Of a stretch of DNA of 64,000 bases, positions 25,492 through 37,712 are shown piece after piece. Every line of letters starts with the position of its first letter. The stretch's first letter is position 1. The position numbers and the translations under genes are program-made. The stretch spans positions 1,364,001 through 1,428,000 of the forward strand of contig NW_027139581.1 of assembly GCF_035084215.1 (NCBI RefSeq). Direction: 5' to 3'. Under the pieces are notes generated by a model that worked only from the letters and a program-made list of their open reading frames with translations, did no database searches and was not told where the DNA came from. This DNA comes from Heptranchias perlo (lineage: Eukaryota).

Positions 25492-25614
25492 GCTGTTACT
25501 TCGGTTACATTTTGATGCTGCTCATTGTCACTCGTCTTCCATTGGCATCACAGAAAAGTTACCGCACGGAAGGATCGTTACAATTTTAAGTGAGCAGCAT
25601 TTAACTGAAATCCA

Positions 25615-25696
25615 GTAGTCGCAGACAAGTGGTTGAGGCGATCGACTGGAAATCCATTGGGGTCTCCCCGCGCAGGTTTGAAGCCTGCTGACTCCG
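25615..25696 (+). pseudogene. tRNA-Ser relic (anticodon GGA)
   Basis: gtagtcgcagacaagtggttgaggcgatcgactggaaatccattgggg... Confidence 0.75.
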
Positions 25697-25904
25697 GTTC
25701 AGAGCTTTCTTTCTCAAAGCTTCCATCGAGTGTTTCAACCTACACATGTGTGGATCTGTCTGTGTGCGTGTGTCACTTCTTCAACGCTTTTCAAATTGCC
25801 TCTCTGTTCCTCTTTCTCCACTCCAGACATCATTTCATTCTGGACCTTGACTGACGAAGATATGAAAGAAATGACACTCAGGCACATTACATACAAATTC
25901 AAAA

Positions 25905-25987
25905 CGCGGGATGGCCGAGTGGTTATGAATTTAGATATAAAATCCAATGGGTTTATACCAGCGTGGGCTCGACCCCCACTCCAGGTA
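25905..25987 (+). pseudogene. tRNA-Leu(TAA) relic
   Basis: ggatggccgagtggtta...tccaatgggtttatacc...ccccactccaggta. Confidence 0.7.
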
Positions 25988-26040
25988 CTTGTTATTTCGG
26001 TCGTATTTTGACTCATTTTCACTCTTCTCCCATTTTCATC

Positions 26041-27227
26041 AGACCGTCAGAGAAAGGTGACAGCACGAAATGAGGCCATTCGGCCCATCGAGTCTGTGCC
26101 TCGTCTGTGCAAGTTCATTCCAGCTCGTCCCTTTCCTTGTAGCCCTGCATTTTTTTCCTTTCAAGTAATTATCCAGTTCCCTTTTGAAACCATGATTGAA
26201 TCTGCCTCCACCACCCCCTCAGTCAGTGCATTCCAGATCACAACCACTCGCTGTGTAAAAAAGTTTTTCCTCACGTCACCTTTGGTTCTTATGCCAATCA
26301 CCTTAAAGCTACGTCCTCTAGCTCTTGACCCTTCCACTAAAATGGGAACAGTTTCTCTCTATCTACTCTGTCTGGACCCTTCATGATTTTGAACACCTCT
26401 ATCAAATCTCCTCGCAACCACCTCTGTTCCAAGAACCACAAAGCCTGATTATCCAGTCTATCCACGTAACTAAAGTCCCTCATCATTGGAATCGTTCCAG
26501 TAAATCTCTTCTGCGCCCTCTCTAAGGCATTCACATCTTTCCTAAAGTGCGGTGCCCAGAACTGGACAAAATATTCCAGTTGTGGTCAAACCAGTGTTTT
26601 ATAAAGGTTCATCATGACTTCCATACTTTCGTACTTGTGCCTCTATTTATAAACCCGAGTATCCCTTTGCTTTTTTAAACGGTTTCTCAACATACCCTGC
26701 CACCTTTAACGATTTGTGCACATAAACCCCCAGATCTCTCTGTTCCTTTATCCCTTTTAGCGTTGTGCCCTCCAGTTTACATTGCGTCTTCTCATTCTTC
26801 CTACCAAAATGTATCAATTCGTATTTTTCTGCTTTAAATTTCATCTGCCACGTGTCCGCCCAAGCCACCAGACTGTCTGTTTCCTCTTGACGTCTATCAC
26901 TGTCCTCCTCACTATTTACGACCCTTCCAAGTTTTGTGTCATCTGCAAATTTTGGAATTGTGCCCTGTCCACCCGAGTCCAAGTCATTAATAAATATCAA
27001 GAAAAGCAGTGGTCCCAGCACTGACCCTGGGGAACACCACTGTACACCTTCCTCCAGTCCGAATAACAACCGTTTACCACTTCTCTCTGTTTCTGTTCCC
27101 CAGTCAATTCTGTATCCATGTTGCTACTGCCCCCTTTATTCCATGGGCCGCAGTCTTGATGATAAGCCTACCGTGCGGCACTTTATCAAACGCCTTTTGA
27201 AAGTCCAGATACACCACATCAACCACA
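26041..27227 (-). mobile_element. CR1 LINE 3' portion
   Basis: PGSVLGPLLFLIFINDLD...FADDTKL on the - strand; the tail faces the tRNA-Leu relic. Confidence 0.9.
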
Positions 27228-28413
27228 TTGTTATCGGAAGAGATATCTGTGTGGAGACTTCGTTTCAGGAAGGAGGCAATCGGCCGCCTCTGTGAGATGT
27301 TACAAGAGGACCTTCAGCTACCTTCTACTTCCTGCAGGGCCTCGTCAGTTGCATGTGGGTCATTTCAGTCAGGCCCTGGTGACATGTGCAACATCACCCA
27401 GAGCGCGGCGAGAGTCTGTATTCATCAGGTCACAGATACACCATCACCCAGAGACCTGTGAGAGTGAATTCATGAGGTCAGGGGCGCGATATTCCGCAGG
27501 ATTTCCCAGTTCATCAACCTTGACATGTCCCCACCGCGGCAAACGGAGAGGTCTCCCTTGTTCCACAGGATCGCTGGATTCCCCTCGGGGTCACTGGATT
27601 CCCCAAAGGGAGAGGTCTACCGTGTTCCACAGGATCGCTGGATTCCCCAAAGGGAGAGGTCAAGCGTGTTCCACAGGATCACTGGATTCCCCAAAGGGAG
27701 AGGTCAACCGTGTTCCATTGGATCGCTGGATTCACAAGAGCGCACGGGCTGTCGTTGGAACCCATGTGACATGGAAGGCACCCAATGAGGCACCTGTCAC
27801 TAACATCAACAGGAAGGGGTTTAATTGGTTAAATGTGAGGATCCTTTGCGATGCCGACCTGTGGATCATGTGTGTAAATACAGATCACAGGGGAAGTGCC
27901 CATGATGCCTTCGTCCTTCGCCACTCAGACTTGCAATGATACCTTCACCGGAGAGCAGCAAGGATCTGGATGGATTTCAGGTGACAAGGGCTACCCGCTG
28001 AAGCCGTGGCTGATGACAACCTACCACAGGACCAATAGTACAGCTCAGGAGAGGTGCAGCCGTGCCCACGTGTGCTCAAGCCAAGTCATGGAGAGGAGAA
28101 TCGGGGAGCTGAAATCACGCTTTCGATACTTGGACAGGTCGGGGGATCTTTGCCGTACTCACCTGTCAAGGTGTCCAGGGTTGTGGTTGTCTGATGCGCA
28201 TTGCACAACTTTACCCTGCGGGAAGGACTGACCTTTGACCAGGAAGACGAGATGCCGCTGGGAATGGATGAGATGCAGGATGACAACCCGGATGTTGCTG
28301 GGGCCATTGTTGGTTCCCCCACCGCCACCCCCGAGGAAACCGTGGCTGCAGGGGACAGGGCAGAGAGAGAGCACCCAGTGGCTGATGCTTTTGACATCGA
28401 TGAAAATGGGTAA
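27228..28413 (+). mobile_element. Harbinger/PIF transposase (HARBI1-like DDE nuclease) pseudogene
   Basis: RLRFRKE, GSFQ..GD, AGFP, NRKG..LNV, GSAHDAFVL, GDKGYPLKPWLMT, ERRIGELKSRFR and LHN are spread over several frames with stops. Confidence 0.92.
27545..27740 (+). repeat. 44-bp tandem repeat (about 4.5 copies) inside the transposase
   Basis: Unit gttccacaggatcgctggattccccaaagggagaggtcaaccgt. Confidence 0.9.
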
Positions 28414-28916
28414 TTGTCTCCCCGCCCCCTCCCAGGAAAGCAGATAACAGGACAAGCGAGATTGAAAGTGAAACAGTGAGCTTTAATTGCAGCATCAAAA
28501 AATTAGTGCAAAACTTTACATTAACATTTTGAGGTCGTTAGTTATTGCAAAACTTTATTGTGAACATTGAGGTGTGTAGTCCAAAACTTTAAATAAAAAT
28601 TACGTTAACTTATTAATTTTCTTGTTTGAAAGCATTTGTGATGTTAAAATGGTTTATATTCAGAAAATCTTCGAACAATTACAAATGACTTCTGATTAAG
28701 TTTGAAGGGCAGCAGCAGCACCAACAAAAATTATCAGACAAACAATCAGGAGAGATTCATGACATCACAAAATATCAACAAGCGAATGAAAACAAACAAC
28801 CAAAACACCAACCGAACAAACAGCAATGAGATTTACAGACGCCCCCTTGCGGCATGCTCGAGGGTCGCTGTGACTCTCTGAACAAGATGAGGCGAACTCT
28901 TCACTCGAGGAGCATC

Positions 28917-31512
28917 CTATTTCCTCGTGGCCCCCATCCCTCCCTGTGATCGAGCCCCTCTTGAGCCAAGGGCACGAAATCTGTGCCTTACAAAATGGCT
29001 GTAATCAGGGAGTTCGGAGCTGGAGTGCTGCTGTTCCACGGGGACATGAATAAAAGTAGCGTCAGGTGCAGGAACAGCTCCTGGCTCTTGGGCCTGTACT
29101 CTGTCTGCGGCAGGAAGTGGCACGGGGTGTGTCACGGGCTTCGGGTGCAGCATAGCCGTGCTCGCATTCAACTCCATGAAATGTACGAGAACCTGGTGAA
29201 TATTTGTCAGCTCGGCAATGTTCTGTCCAGTATGGGCCAACTGGGCAATGATCTCTCCAGTATGGGCCAGCTGGGCAATGTTCAGTCCAGTATGGGCCAG
29301 CTGGGCGCGAATGTTGTGTCCAGCATCCTTGATCTCCTGTCTCATGGAGACGAAACAGTCACGGCACTTGTCGCTCTCATCAGCCGTCAATCGTCTCACT
29401 TGTTGACCGTTGATGTCCTCTCCCAATTCATCATCTACATGGGGGGCGAGGGGGAAGGGGGGATTACGTCAACGTCGACTCACGGGGGACTTGGGCGCAT
29501 CTACCCTAACTCGCATCGGTGCCTCACACCCCGACAGGTCGGACTCAGGGATTGTGTGTATCTCGCACAGAGCCAGAGGGGCCGGGAGTTGGAGAGGCGG
29601 TGAGGTGAGGCTCCTCATAGTAAAGCGCTCCCCCCACATAAACACCCTGAGGGTGGCAGGTGGAGTCAGGAACTGAAACACCATCACCCTCTGCAGCCCA
29701 AACACCATCACCCTCTGCAGCACAAACACCATCACCCTCGGCAGCACAAACACCATCACCCTCTGCAGCCCAAACACCATCACCCTCTGCAGCTCAAACA
29801 CCATCACCCTCTGCAGCACAAACACCATCACTCTCTGCAGCTCAAACACCATCACCCTCTGCAGCCCAAACACCATCACTCTCTGCAGCACAAACACCAT
29901 CACCCTCTGCAGCACAAACACCATCACCCTCTGCAGCACAAACACCATCACCCTCTGCAGGACAAACACCATCACCCTCTGCAGCCCAAACACCATCACC
30001 CTCTGCAGCACAAACACCATCACCCTCTGCAGCCCAAACACCATCACCCTCTGCAGCTCAAACACCATCACCCTCTGCAGCACAAACACCATCACTCTCT
30101 GCAGCTCAAACACCATCACCCTCTGCAGCTCAAACACCATCACCCTCTGCAGCCCAAACACCATCACTCTCTGCAGCCCAAACACCATCACTCTCTGCAG
30201 CCCAAACACCATCACCCTCTGCAGCACAAACACCATCACTCTCTGCAGCTCAAACACCATCACCCTCTGCAGCCCAAACACCATCACCCTCTGCAGCACA
30301 AACACCATCACCCTCTGCAGCTCAAACACCATCACCCTCTGCAGCCCAAGCACCATCACTCTCTGCAGCCCAAACACCATCACTCTCTGCAGCACAAACA
30401 CCATCACTCTCTGCAGCCCAATCACCATCACTCTCTGCAGCACAAACACCATCACTCTCTGCAGCCCAAACATCATCACCCTCTGCAGCACAAACACCAT
30501 CACTCTCTGCAGCCCAATCACCATCACTCTCTGCAGCCCAAACACCATCACTCTCTGCAGCACAAACACCATCACTCTCTGCAGCACAAACACCATCACT
30601 CTCTGCAGCCCAATCACCATCACTCTCTGCAGCACAAACACCATCACTCTCTGCAGCCCAATCACCATCACTCTCTGCAGCACAAACACCATCACTCTCT
30701 GCTGCACAAACACCATCACTCTCTGCAGCACAAACACCATCACCCTCTGCAGCCCAAACACCATCACCCTCTGCAGCCCAAACACCATCACTCTCTGCAG
30801 CACAAACACCATCAAGCTCTGCAGCCGCCGACTCACCACCTTCTGCAGCCCGAGTGTCCTCAGACGGCTGTGCACCTGTGGGAAGGAAGAACAAAATGTT
30901 CCACTGGTGAAGCATGTTCATCGGTCACATCACAGACGCCCACACGCTGCACGAGCATGGTCAGACTCGAATCTCCTTTTCCCATCCTTCAGACAACACG
31001 CAGGTTTTAAACATGCAGCTTGCCAATAGAGGAATGTGAAACTCACCTTTCCTCGCTCCAGTGTCTGATCAGGCACCAGGCACGAAACTGGAAGTGATGC
31101 CCTGAGTGGCCCTTTCTTCATGCTCGGTCATCTCCCTCATAAAGGCTGAACCGCCGCCGGTCTTCGACCTCTCACGGTTGTTACAAGCCATTTTACACTA
31201 CAGGACATGAAACAATAAAAATCAGTTTGTGCTTGTTTGTGTGAGAGAGATAAATTGAGGGTTTGGAGAAAGGGTCTAATTCAGTAATTGTAATTTAACA
31301 TCTCAAATCTCTGGAGTTGGGATAAAAGATCTCAAAAAGCATTCAGTGAGTCCCGTCCACAATGGCAACTGAGTTTTCCGACCAGTTGCCATTAAATTGA
31401 ACCTTGACCACACCACCCAGAAACAACCTGTGTTCATGCATTCGTAAAACTCAGCTAATTTAAATCTGAACTTTTGTATTTCAAAAACTCTCTCTTTATC
31501 CTGGCAGACTGG
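28917..31512 (-). mobile_element. Harbinger Myb/SANT partner gene relic (exon 2 31047-31197; exon 3 from 30875), convergent with the transposase
   Basis: Exon 2 encodes ..RERSKTGGGSAFMREMTEHEERA..; GT-AG boundaries; 30770-31512 is the reverse complement of 44815-45613. Confidence 0.8.
29676..30824. repeat. 24-bp minisatellite, about 48 copies
   Basis: Unit caaacaccatcac(c/t)ctctgcagc(a/c/t). Confidence 0.97.
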
Positions 31513-32564
31513 ACTGTCTCCAATGCAAGTATGTCCTTCCTTAAATAAGGGCACCAGAACTGTGCGCAGTACTCCAGGTATGGTCTCACCAGCACCCTGT
31601 ACAGTTGTAGCATGACTTCCCTGCTTTTATACTCCATCCCCCTCGAAATAAAGGCCAATCTTCTGTTTGCTTGCTGCACCTGCATGTTGACTTTTTGTGT
31701 TTCATGTACAAGGACACCCAGATCCCTCTGTACCGCAGCATTCTGTAGTATTTCTCCATTCAAATAATCGTTTGTTTTTTTATTTTTCCTCCCAAAGTGG
31801 ATGACTTCACATTTTCTCACATTATGTTCCATCTGCCAAATTTTTGCCCATTCACTTAACCCGTCAATATCCCTTTACAGACACTTTGTGTCCTCATCTC
31901 AACTTGCTTTTCCACCTATCTTTGTATCATCATCAAATTTGGCCACAAGACACTCTGTTCCTTCATTGAAGTCATTGATATATATTGTAAATAGTTGAGG
32001 CCCCAGCACTGAGCCCTGCGGCACCCCACTAGTTACAGATTGCCGTTTTGAAAATGACACTTTTATCCTTGTTTTCTGTTTGTTAGCCAATCCTCTATCC
32101 ATGCCAGTATATTACCCCCAACACCATGAGCTCTTATCTTGTGCAGTAACCTTGTGGCACCTTATCGAATGCCTTTTGGAAATCCAAATATACTGCATCC
32201 ATTGGTTCCCCTTTATCCACCCTGCTCGTTACATTCTCAAAGAACTCTAATAAATTGTCAGACATGATTTCCCCTTCATAAAACCACGTTGACGCTCCTT
32301 GATTGTATTATGAGTCTCCAAATGTCCTGCTACTACTTCCTTCATAATGGAATCTAGCATTTTCCCAATGACAGATGTTATGCTAACTGGTCGATAGTTA
32401 CCTGCTTTCTGTCTCACTCCCTTCTTGAATAGGGGCGTTACGTTTGCGGTTTTCCAATCCACTATCTCTGCAGCCACTTCCTTTAAGACCCTTGGATGCA
32501 AGCCATCAGTTCCCGGGGACTAGTCAGCCTTAAGACCCATTAGTTTACCTCGTACTTTTTCTCT
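31513..32564 (-). mobile_element. CR1 RT fragment
   Basis: GVPQGSVLGPQLFTIYIND and WKTANVTPLFKKG. Confidence 0.88.
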
Positions 32565-33033
32565 AACCGGTCTCTCTCCGGTGTGACTGTGCCGGTGTGT
32601 CAGTAAATGGGATGATCGAGTGAATCCCTTTCCACACAGAGCTGGTGAACGGATTCTCCCCATTACGAAGATTCTGGTGTGGCAGTAGGTGAGATGAGCG
32701 AGTGAATCCATTCCCACACTCAGCTGGCGAACGGCCTCTCCCCGTGTGACTGGGTCGATGAGTTTCCAGCAACTGAACCCCTTCGCACAGTCCCCAGATT
32801 TGCACTGTTGATTCCCGGCACGTCTGTGTTTGTGTCTCATGGGCTGGACGATTGGCTGAAAGGATGTTCACACACAGAACACGTGTACAGTTTCTCACTG
32901 CTGTGATTGGTGATTTTTCCTTCTACATCCAAAGGCCGATGATATTCAGGTCCTGATGAATCGAGTGACTGTCAGACCTTGACGTGATGTTTGGTTTGAG
33001 TTTCCCATCTGTAAATCCTCCCCTTCTAATATC
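32565..33033 (-). pseudogene. C2H2 zinc-finger gene relic
   Basis: Frameshifted fingers (EKLYTCSVC, GDCAKGF, ECGNGFTRSSHL, CGKGFTRSSHLLTHRHSHTGERP); ttttacag acceptor at 33034; truncated by a CR1. Confidence 0.85.
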
Positions 33034-33491
33034 CTGTAAAAGGAGTTTACCAAAGTTCCTACTTTAATTACAGGATAGAATTTCAGAACAGACAATTCTA
33101 GTTTCTTGTCTCCAGTTTCAAATTCTACCATCAAATTTTATTTGATTTCACTCCTGTGAAGCACCTTGGGATGTTTTACTTCGTTAAATGCTCTGTATAA
33201 ATACACGTTGTTGGTCTTTCTGTAGAATATTCGGTCGTCTCCTGTCCATTCTCAGCTGTAAATTCCCCATTCTACACACTCTCCCTCCTTCCTCCATCCT
33301 TACTGTCTGAAATCAACATTCATTACGCCATCTGTGATTTTGTATAAGAAGATAAGAACATAAGAAATAGCAGCAGAAGTAGGCCATTCGGCCCCTCGTG
33401 CTTGCTCCGCCATTCAATATGATCATGGCTGATCTTCTTCCTCAACTCCACTTTCCTGCCCGATCCCCATATCCCTTGATTCCCCTGCAGT

Positions 33492-34419
33492 CCATCATGA
33501 GGTCAGAATTGGGGATGTTCGCTGATGATTGGACAGTGTTCAGTTTCATTCGCAACCCCTCAGATAATGAAGCAGTCCGCGCCTGCATGCAGCAAGACCT
33601 GGACAACATCCAGGCTTGGGCTCATAAGTGGCAAGTAACATTCGCGCCAGACAAGTGCCAGGCAATGACCATTTCCAACAAGAGAGAGTCTAACCACCTC
33701 CCCTTAACATTCAACGGCATTACCATCGACGAATCCCCCACCATCAACATCCTGGGGGTCACCGTTGACCAGAATCAAATTGGACCAGCCACATAAATAC
33801 TGTGGCTCCAAGAGCAGGTCAGAGGCTGGGTATTCTGCGGCGAGTGTCTCACCTTCTGACTCCACCAAGCCTTTCTACCATCAACAAAGCACAATTCAGG
33901 AGTGTGATGGAATACTCTCCACTTGCCTGGGTGAGTGCAGCTCCAACAACACTCAAGAAGCTCGACACCATCCAGGACAAAGCAGCCCGCTTGATTGGCA
34001 CCCCATCCACCACCCTAAATATTCACTTCCTTCACCACCGGCGCACTGTGGCTGCAGTGTGTACCATCCCCAGGATGCACTGCAGCAACTCGCCAAGGCT
34101 TCTTCGACAGCACCTCACAAACCCGCGACCTTGACCACCTAGAAGGACAAGAGCAGCAGGCACATGGGAACAACACCACCTGCACGTTCCCCTCCAAGTC
34201 ACACACCATCCCGACTTGGAAATATATCGCCGTCCCTTCATCGTCGCTGGGTCAAAATCCTGGAACTCCCTACCTAACAGTACTGTGGGAGAACCTTCAC
34301 CCGACGGAATGCAGCGGTTCAAGAAGGCGGCTCACCACCACCTTCTCAAGGGCAATTCGGGATGACCAATAAACGCTGGCCTTGCCAGCGATGCCCACAT
34401 CCAATGAACGAAAAAAAAA
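33492..34419 (+). mobile_element. 5'-truncated non-LTR retrotransposon (second CR1-group family) with AATAAA and an A tail
   Basis: MFADD...QQDLDNIQAWA.KWQVTF.P.KC and RSVMEYSPLAW; ends aataaacgctggccttgccagcgatgcccacatccaatgaacgaaaaaaaaa. Confidence 0.85.
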
Positions 34420-34425
34420 TGTAAA

Positions 34426-34550
34426 CCGTGCTGTCGTTGCCCTGGGAGTGTTTGATGGGACAGTGCAGAAGGAGCTTTATTCTGTATCTAACCCATGCTG
34501 TACCTGCCCTTGGAGTGTTTGTTAGGACAGTGTAGAGAGAGATTTACTCA
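34426..34550 (+). repeat. Two copies of a ~68-bp satellite unit
   Basis: ccgtgctgtacctgccctgggagtgtttgatgggacagtgtagagggagctttactctgtatctaac-like unit, repeated. Confidence 0.65.
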
Positions 34551-35200
34551 CATATCCTCTCCATCACCAAGACCGCCTCCTTCCACCACCGTAACATTGC
34601 GCATCGCCAGCTCACCTCAGCTCATCTGTTGCTGAAACCCTCATCCATGCATTTGTTACCTCTAGACTTGACTATTCCAATGATCTCCTGGCCGGCCTCT
34701 CATCTTCCACCCTCCATAAACTTGAGCTGATCCAAAACTCTGCTCCCCGTATTCCAACTCGCACCAATTCCTGTTCAACCATCACCCCTGTGCTTGCTTT
34801 TGGTCGGTCTGGGAACATTTCGATTTTAAAATTCTCATCCTTGTTTCCAAATTCTTCCATGGTCTCGCCCCTCCCTATCTCTGTATCCTCCTCCAGCCCG
34901 ACAACCCTCCGAGATTTCTGCCCTTGTCCGAAATCACTCCACCATTGGCGGCCGTGCCTTCAGCTGCCTTGACCCGAATCCCTGGAATTCCCACCCTAAA
35001 CCTCTCCGCATCTCCGCCTCTCTCTCCTCCTTTAAGTCGCTCATTAAATCTTAACTCTTTGACCAAGCTTTTGTTCACCTGTCCTCATATCTCCTTCTGT
35101 GGCTCGGAGTCAAATTTTGTTTGATAATCGCTCCTGTGAAACACCTTGGGACCTTTTATTATGTTAAAGGCGCTACATAAATGCAAGTTGTCGTTGCTGT
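34551..35200 (+). mobile_element. L2-type LINE 3' end
   Basis: ctcatccatgcatttgttacctctagacttgactattccaa...; tail ctcctgtgaaacaccttggg...gttaaaggcgctacataaatgcaagttg. Confidence 0.8.
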
Positions 35201-35439
35201 ATGCGAACTGCTCTGTGCCTGACCTGGGAGTCCCGGATACTGACAAGAGGTGCTCGGACTGATTAAATGTCCCATTTCCAGGCTCTGACATCCATCACCT
35301 CGATGAGCACAAAGATTCACCTGAAGAAAGTAACACAAATCCATCAGCTTCTCCCCGGACACAGATACTGAGGGACAGGGAGTTTCAGGGACAGTGACAA
35401 GTCTTACTCAATAAGCTGTAAATTGATCCTGGACCTCTT

Positions 35440-36122
35440 AGAATCATAGAATTATAGAAAATTTACGGCACAGAAGGAGGCCATTCGGCCCATCTTGTCC
35501 GCGCCGGCTGAGAAACGAGCCACCCAGCCTAATCCCACTTTCCTGCATTTGGTCCGTAGCCCTGCAAGTCACGGCTCTTCAGGTGCACATCCAGGTATTG
35601 TTCAAATGAGTGAAGGGTTTCTGCCTCTACCACCCTCTCAGGCAGTGAGTTCCAGGCCCCCACCGCCCTGTGGTTGAAAATATTTTCCTCATTTTCGCTC
35701 TAATCCTTCGACTAATCACTTTAAAACTATGCCCCTGGTTATTGATCCCTCCACTCAGGGAAATAGGTCCTTCTGATCCACTCTACCTAGGCCCTACATA
35801 ATTTTGTACACCTCAATCAAATCACCCCTCAGCCTCCTCTGTTTCAAGGAAAACAACCACAGACTATCCAATCTGTCATCACAGCTAAAAGTCTCCAATC
35901 CTGGCAACAACCTTGTAAATCTCCTCTGCACCCTCTCTAGTGCAATTACATCCTTCCTGTAATGTGTTGACCAGAACTGTGCGCAGTACTCAAGCTATGG
36001 CCTAACTCGTGATTTATACAGTTCCAGCATAACATCCCTGCTTTCATGTTCCATGCCTCAGCTAACAAAAGAAAAGCATTCCATCTGCCTTCTCAACCAC
36101 CTTATCGACCTCTCCTGCTACC
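35440..36122 (-). mobile_element. CR1 3' end
   Basis: Same subfamily as 48200-49060. Confidence 0.85.
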
Positions 36123-36124
36123 AT

Positions 36125-37365
36125 GTCTAACGAAGCTAGTTGATTTTATTGAGGAGCTAATTAATGTGGTAGATTAGGAGTGTCTATGGATGTTATTTAT
36201 ATGAACTTCCAGAAGGCGTTCGACAAGGTTCCATATAAGAGTCTGTTGACAAAATCGAGAGTGCATGGAATTGGAGACAACCCATTGGCTTGGATAGGGA
36301 ATTGGTTAGGAGGTAGGAGACAGAGAGTGGGGATAATGGGTATGGACTCAAATCAGCAGGATGTGACTAGTGGTGTCCCCAGGGATCTGTACTGGGGATT
36401 CAGCTTTTTACTATGTTTATAAATGACTTGGATGAAGGAATAGAGAGCCGTATATCTAAGTTTTCTGACGACAGTAAGTTAGGAAGCACAATAAATATTG
36501 TAGATGGGAGCAGATAGTTGCAAAGGGACGTTGAAAGATTAAATGAATGGGCAAAACTGTGGCAGATGGAGTTCAATGTGGAAAAGTGTGAGGTCATCCG
36601 CTTTCGACCGAAGAAAGATAGATCAGGGTATCTAAATGGTGAGATGCTCGGGACTGTGGAGGAGCAGAGAGATTGCAGGGTCCAAGTCCAGAAATCACGA
36701 AAAGCTGAAGGACAGGTACAAAAAATAATTGAAAATCGAATGGAACTTTGAGCCTGATCAAAAAGGGCTGGAACACAAAGGGTGGAAGTTATGTTAAAGC
36801 TGTGCTGAGCTCTGGTTCGACCCCATCTGGAGACTGAATTCACTTCTGGGCAGCGCACCTCAGGAAGGATATATGGGCCTTGGAGGGGGTACAGCACAGA
36901 TTCACCTGAATGATACCGGGGCTAAAAAGGTTAAATTATGAGGACAGACTGCACAGACCAGGCTTGTATTCCCTTCAGTATAGAAGATTAAGGCCTGATC
37001 TAATGGTCGTATTTAAGATGATTAAAGGATTTGATGGAGAGAAACTATTTCCTCTGGTGGGGGAGTCCAGAACAAGGGGGCATAACCTTAAAATTAAAGG
37101 CAGTCCGTTCAGGGGTGATGTCAGAAAGCATTTCTTCACACAAAGGGCAGTGGAAATCTGGAACCCTCTCCTCCAAAAAGCTGTTGAGGCTGGGGATCAA
37201 TTGAAAATTTCAAAACTGAGATTGATCGATTTTTGTTAGTCGAGGGTATTAAGTGTTACAAATCCAAGGCGGGTAAATTGAGTTAATATACAGATCGAAC
37301 TTGATCGAATAGAATGGGGGAACACGCTCGAGGGTTGAAATGGCCGACTCCTGTTCCCCTGTTCC
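36125..37365 (+). mobile_element. CR1 RT and 3' end
   Basis: FQKAFDKVP and TRGHNLKI motifs plus a CR1 tail. Confidence 0.88.
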
Positions 37366-37712
37366 AAAGGTGAAGTAATATTATTCTTAAAGTATGATTC
37401 TCTGGTCCTCACACCACGGGCTGCATGTGTGCCCCGCCCGCCCGCTTTGTGTAAACACATGAAACAAGAGCCTGGCGGACGGGAGCTTCATCCACCCGCC
37501 CCAGGCCGCACCAGAGGGCTAAACGGGGCTAAAAACCAGCAGGTATCAAGCGGGACTGATCTCCGCGGACTTCCCCACCTCCACCGTCCCTGTTAGTCAC
37601 TAAATCAGGGCGGTGAAAGATGAAAACCTGCCGTACTGTGTTTGCATCACAGAGGTGAGGGGATTGGGCAGAACACCAGACCAACACCTTGTGATCATGG
37701 AAAGTCTTCTCA

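Noticed and set aside
27228-28413. Domesticated HARBI1 host gene
   Set aside because: Frameshifts, stops and a lost catalytic Asp, paired with a convergent Myb gene as in a transposon.
29469-30910. 416-aa mucin-like (TPSPSAAQ)n and 468-aa (LQRVMVF)n ORFs
   Set aside because: These are stop-free frames of a 24-bp minisatellite; the spliced Harbinger frame is a different one and contains stops.
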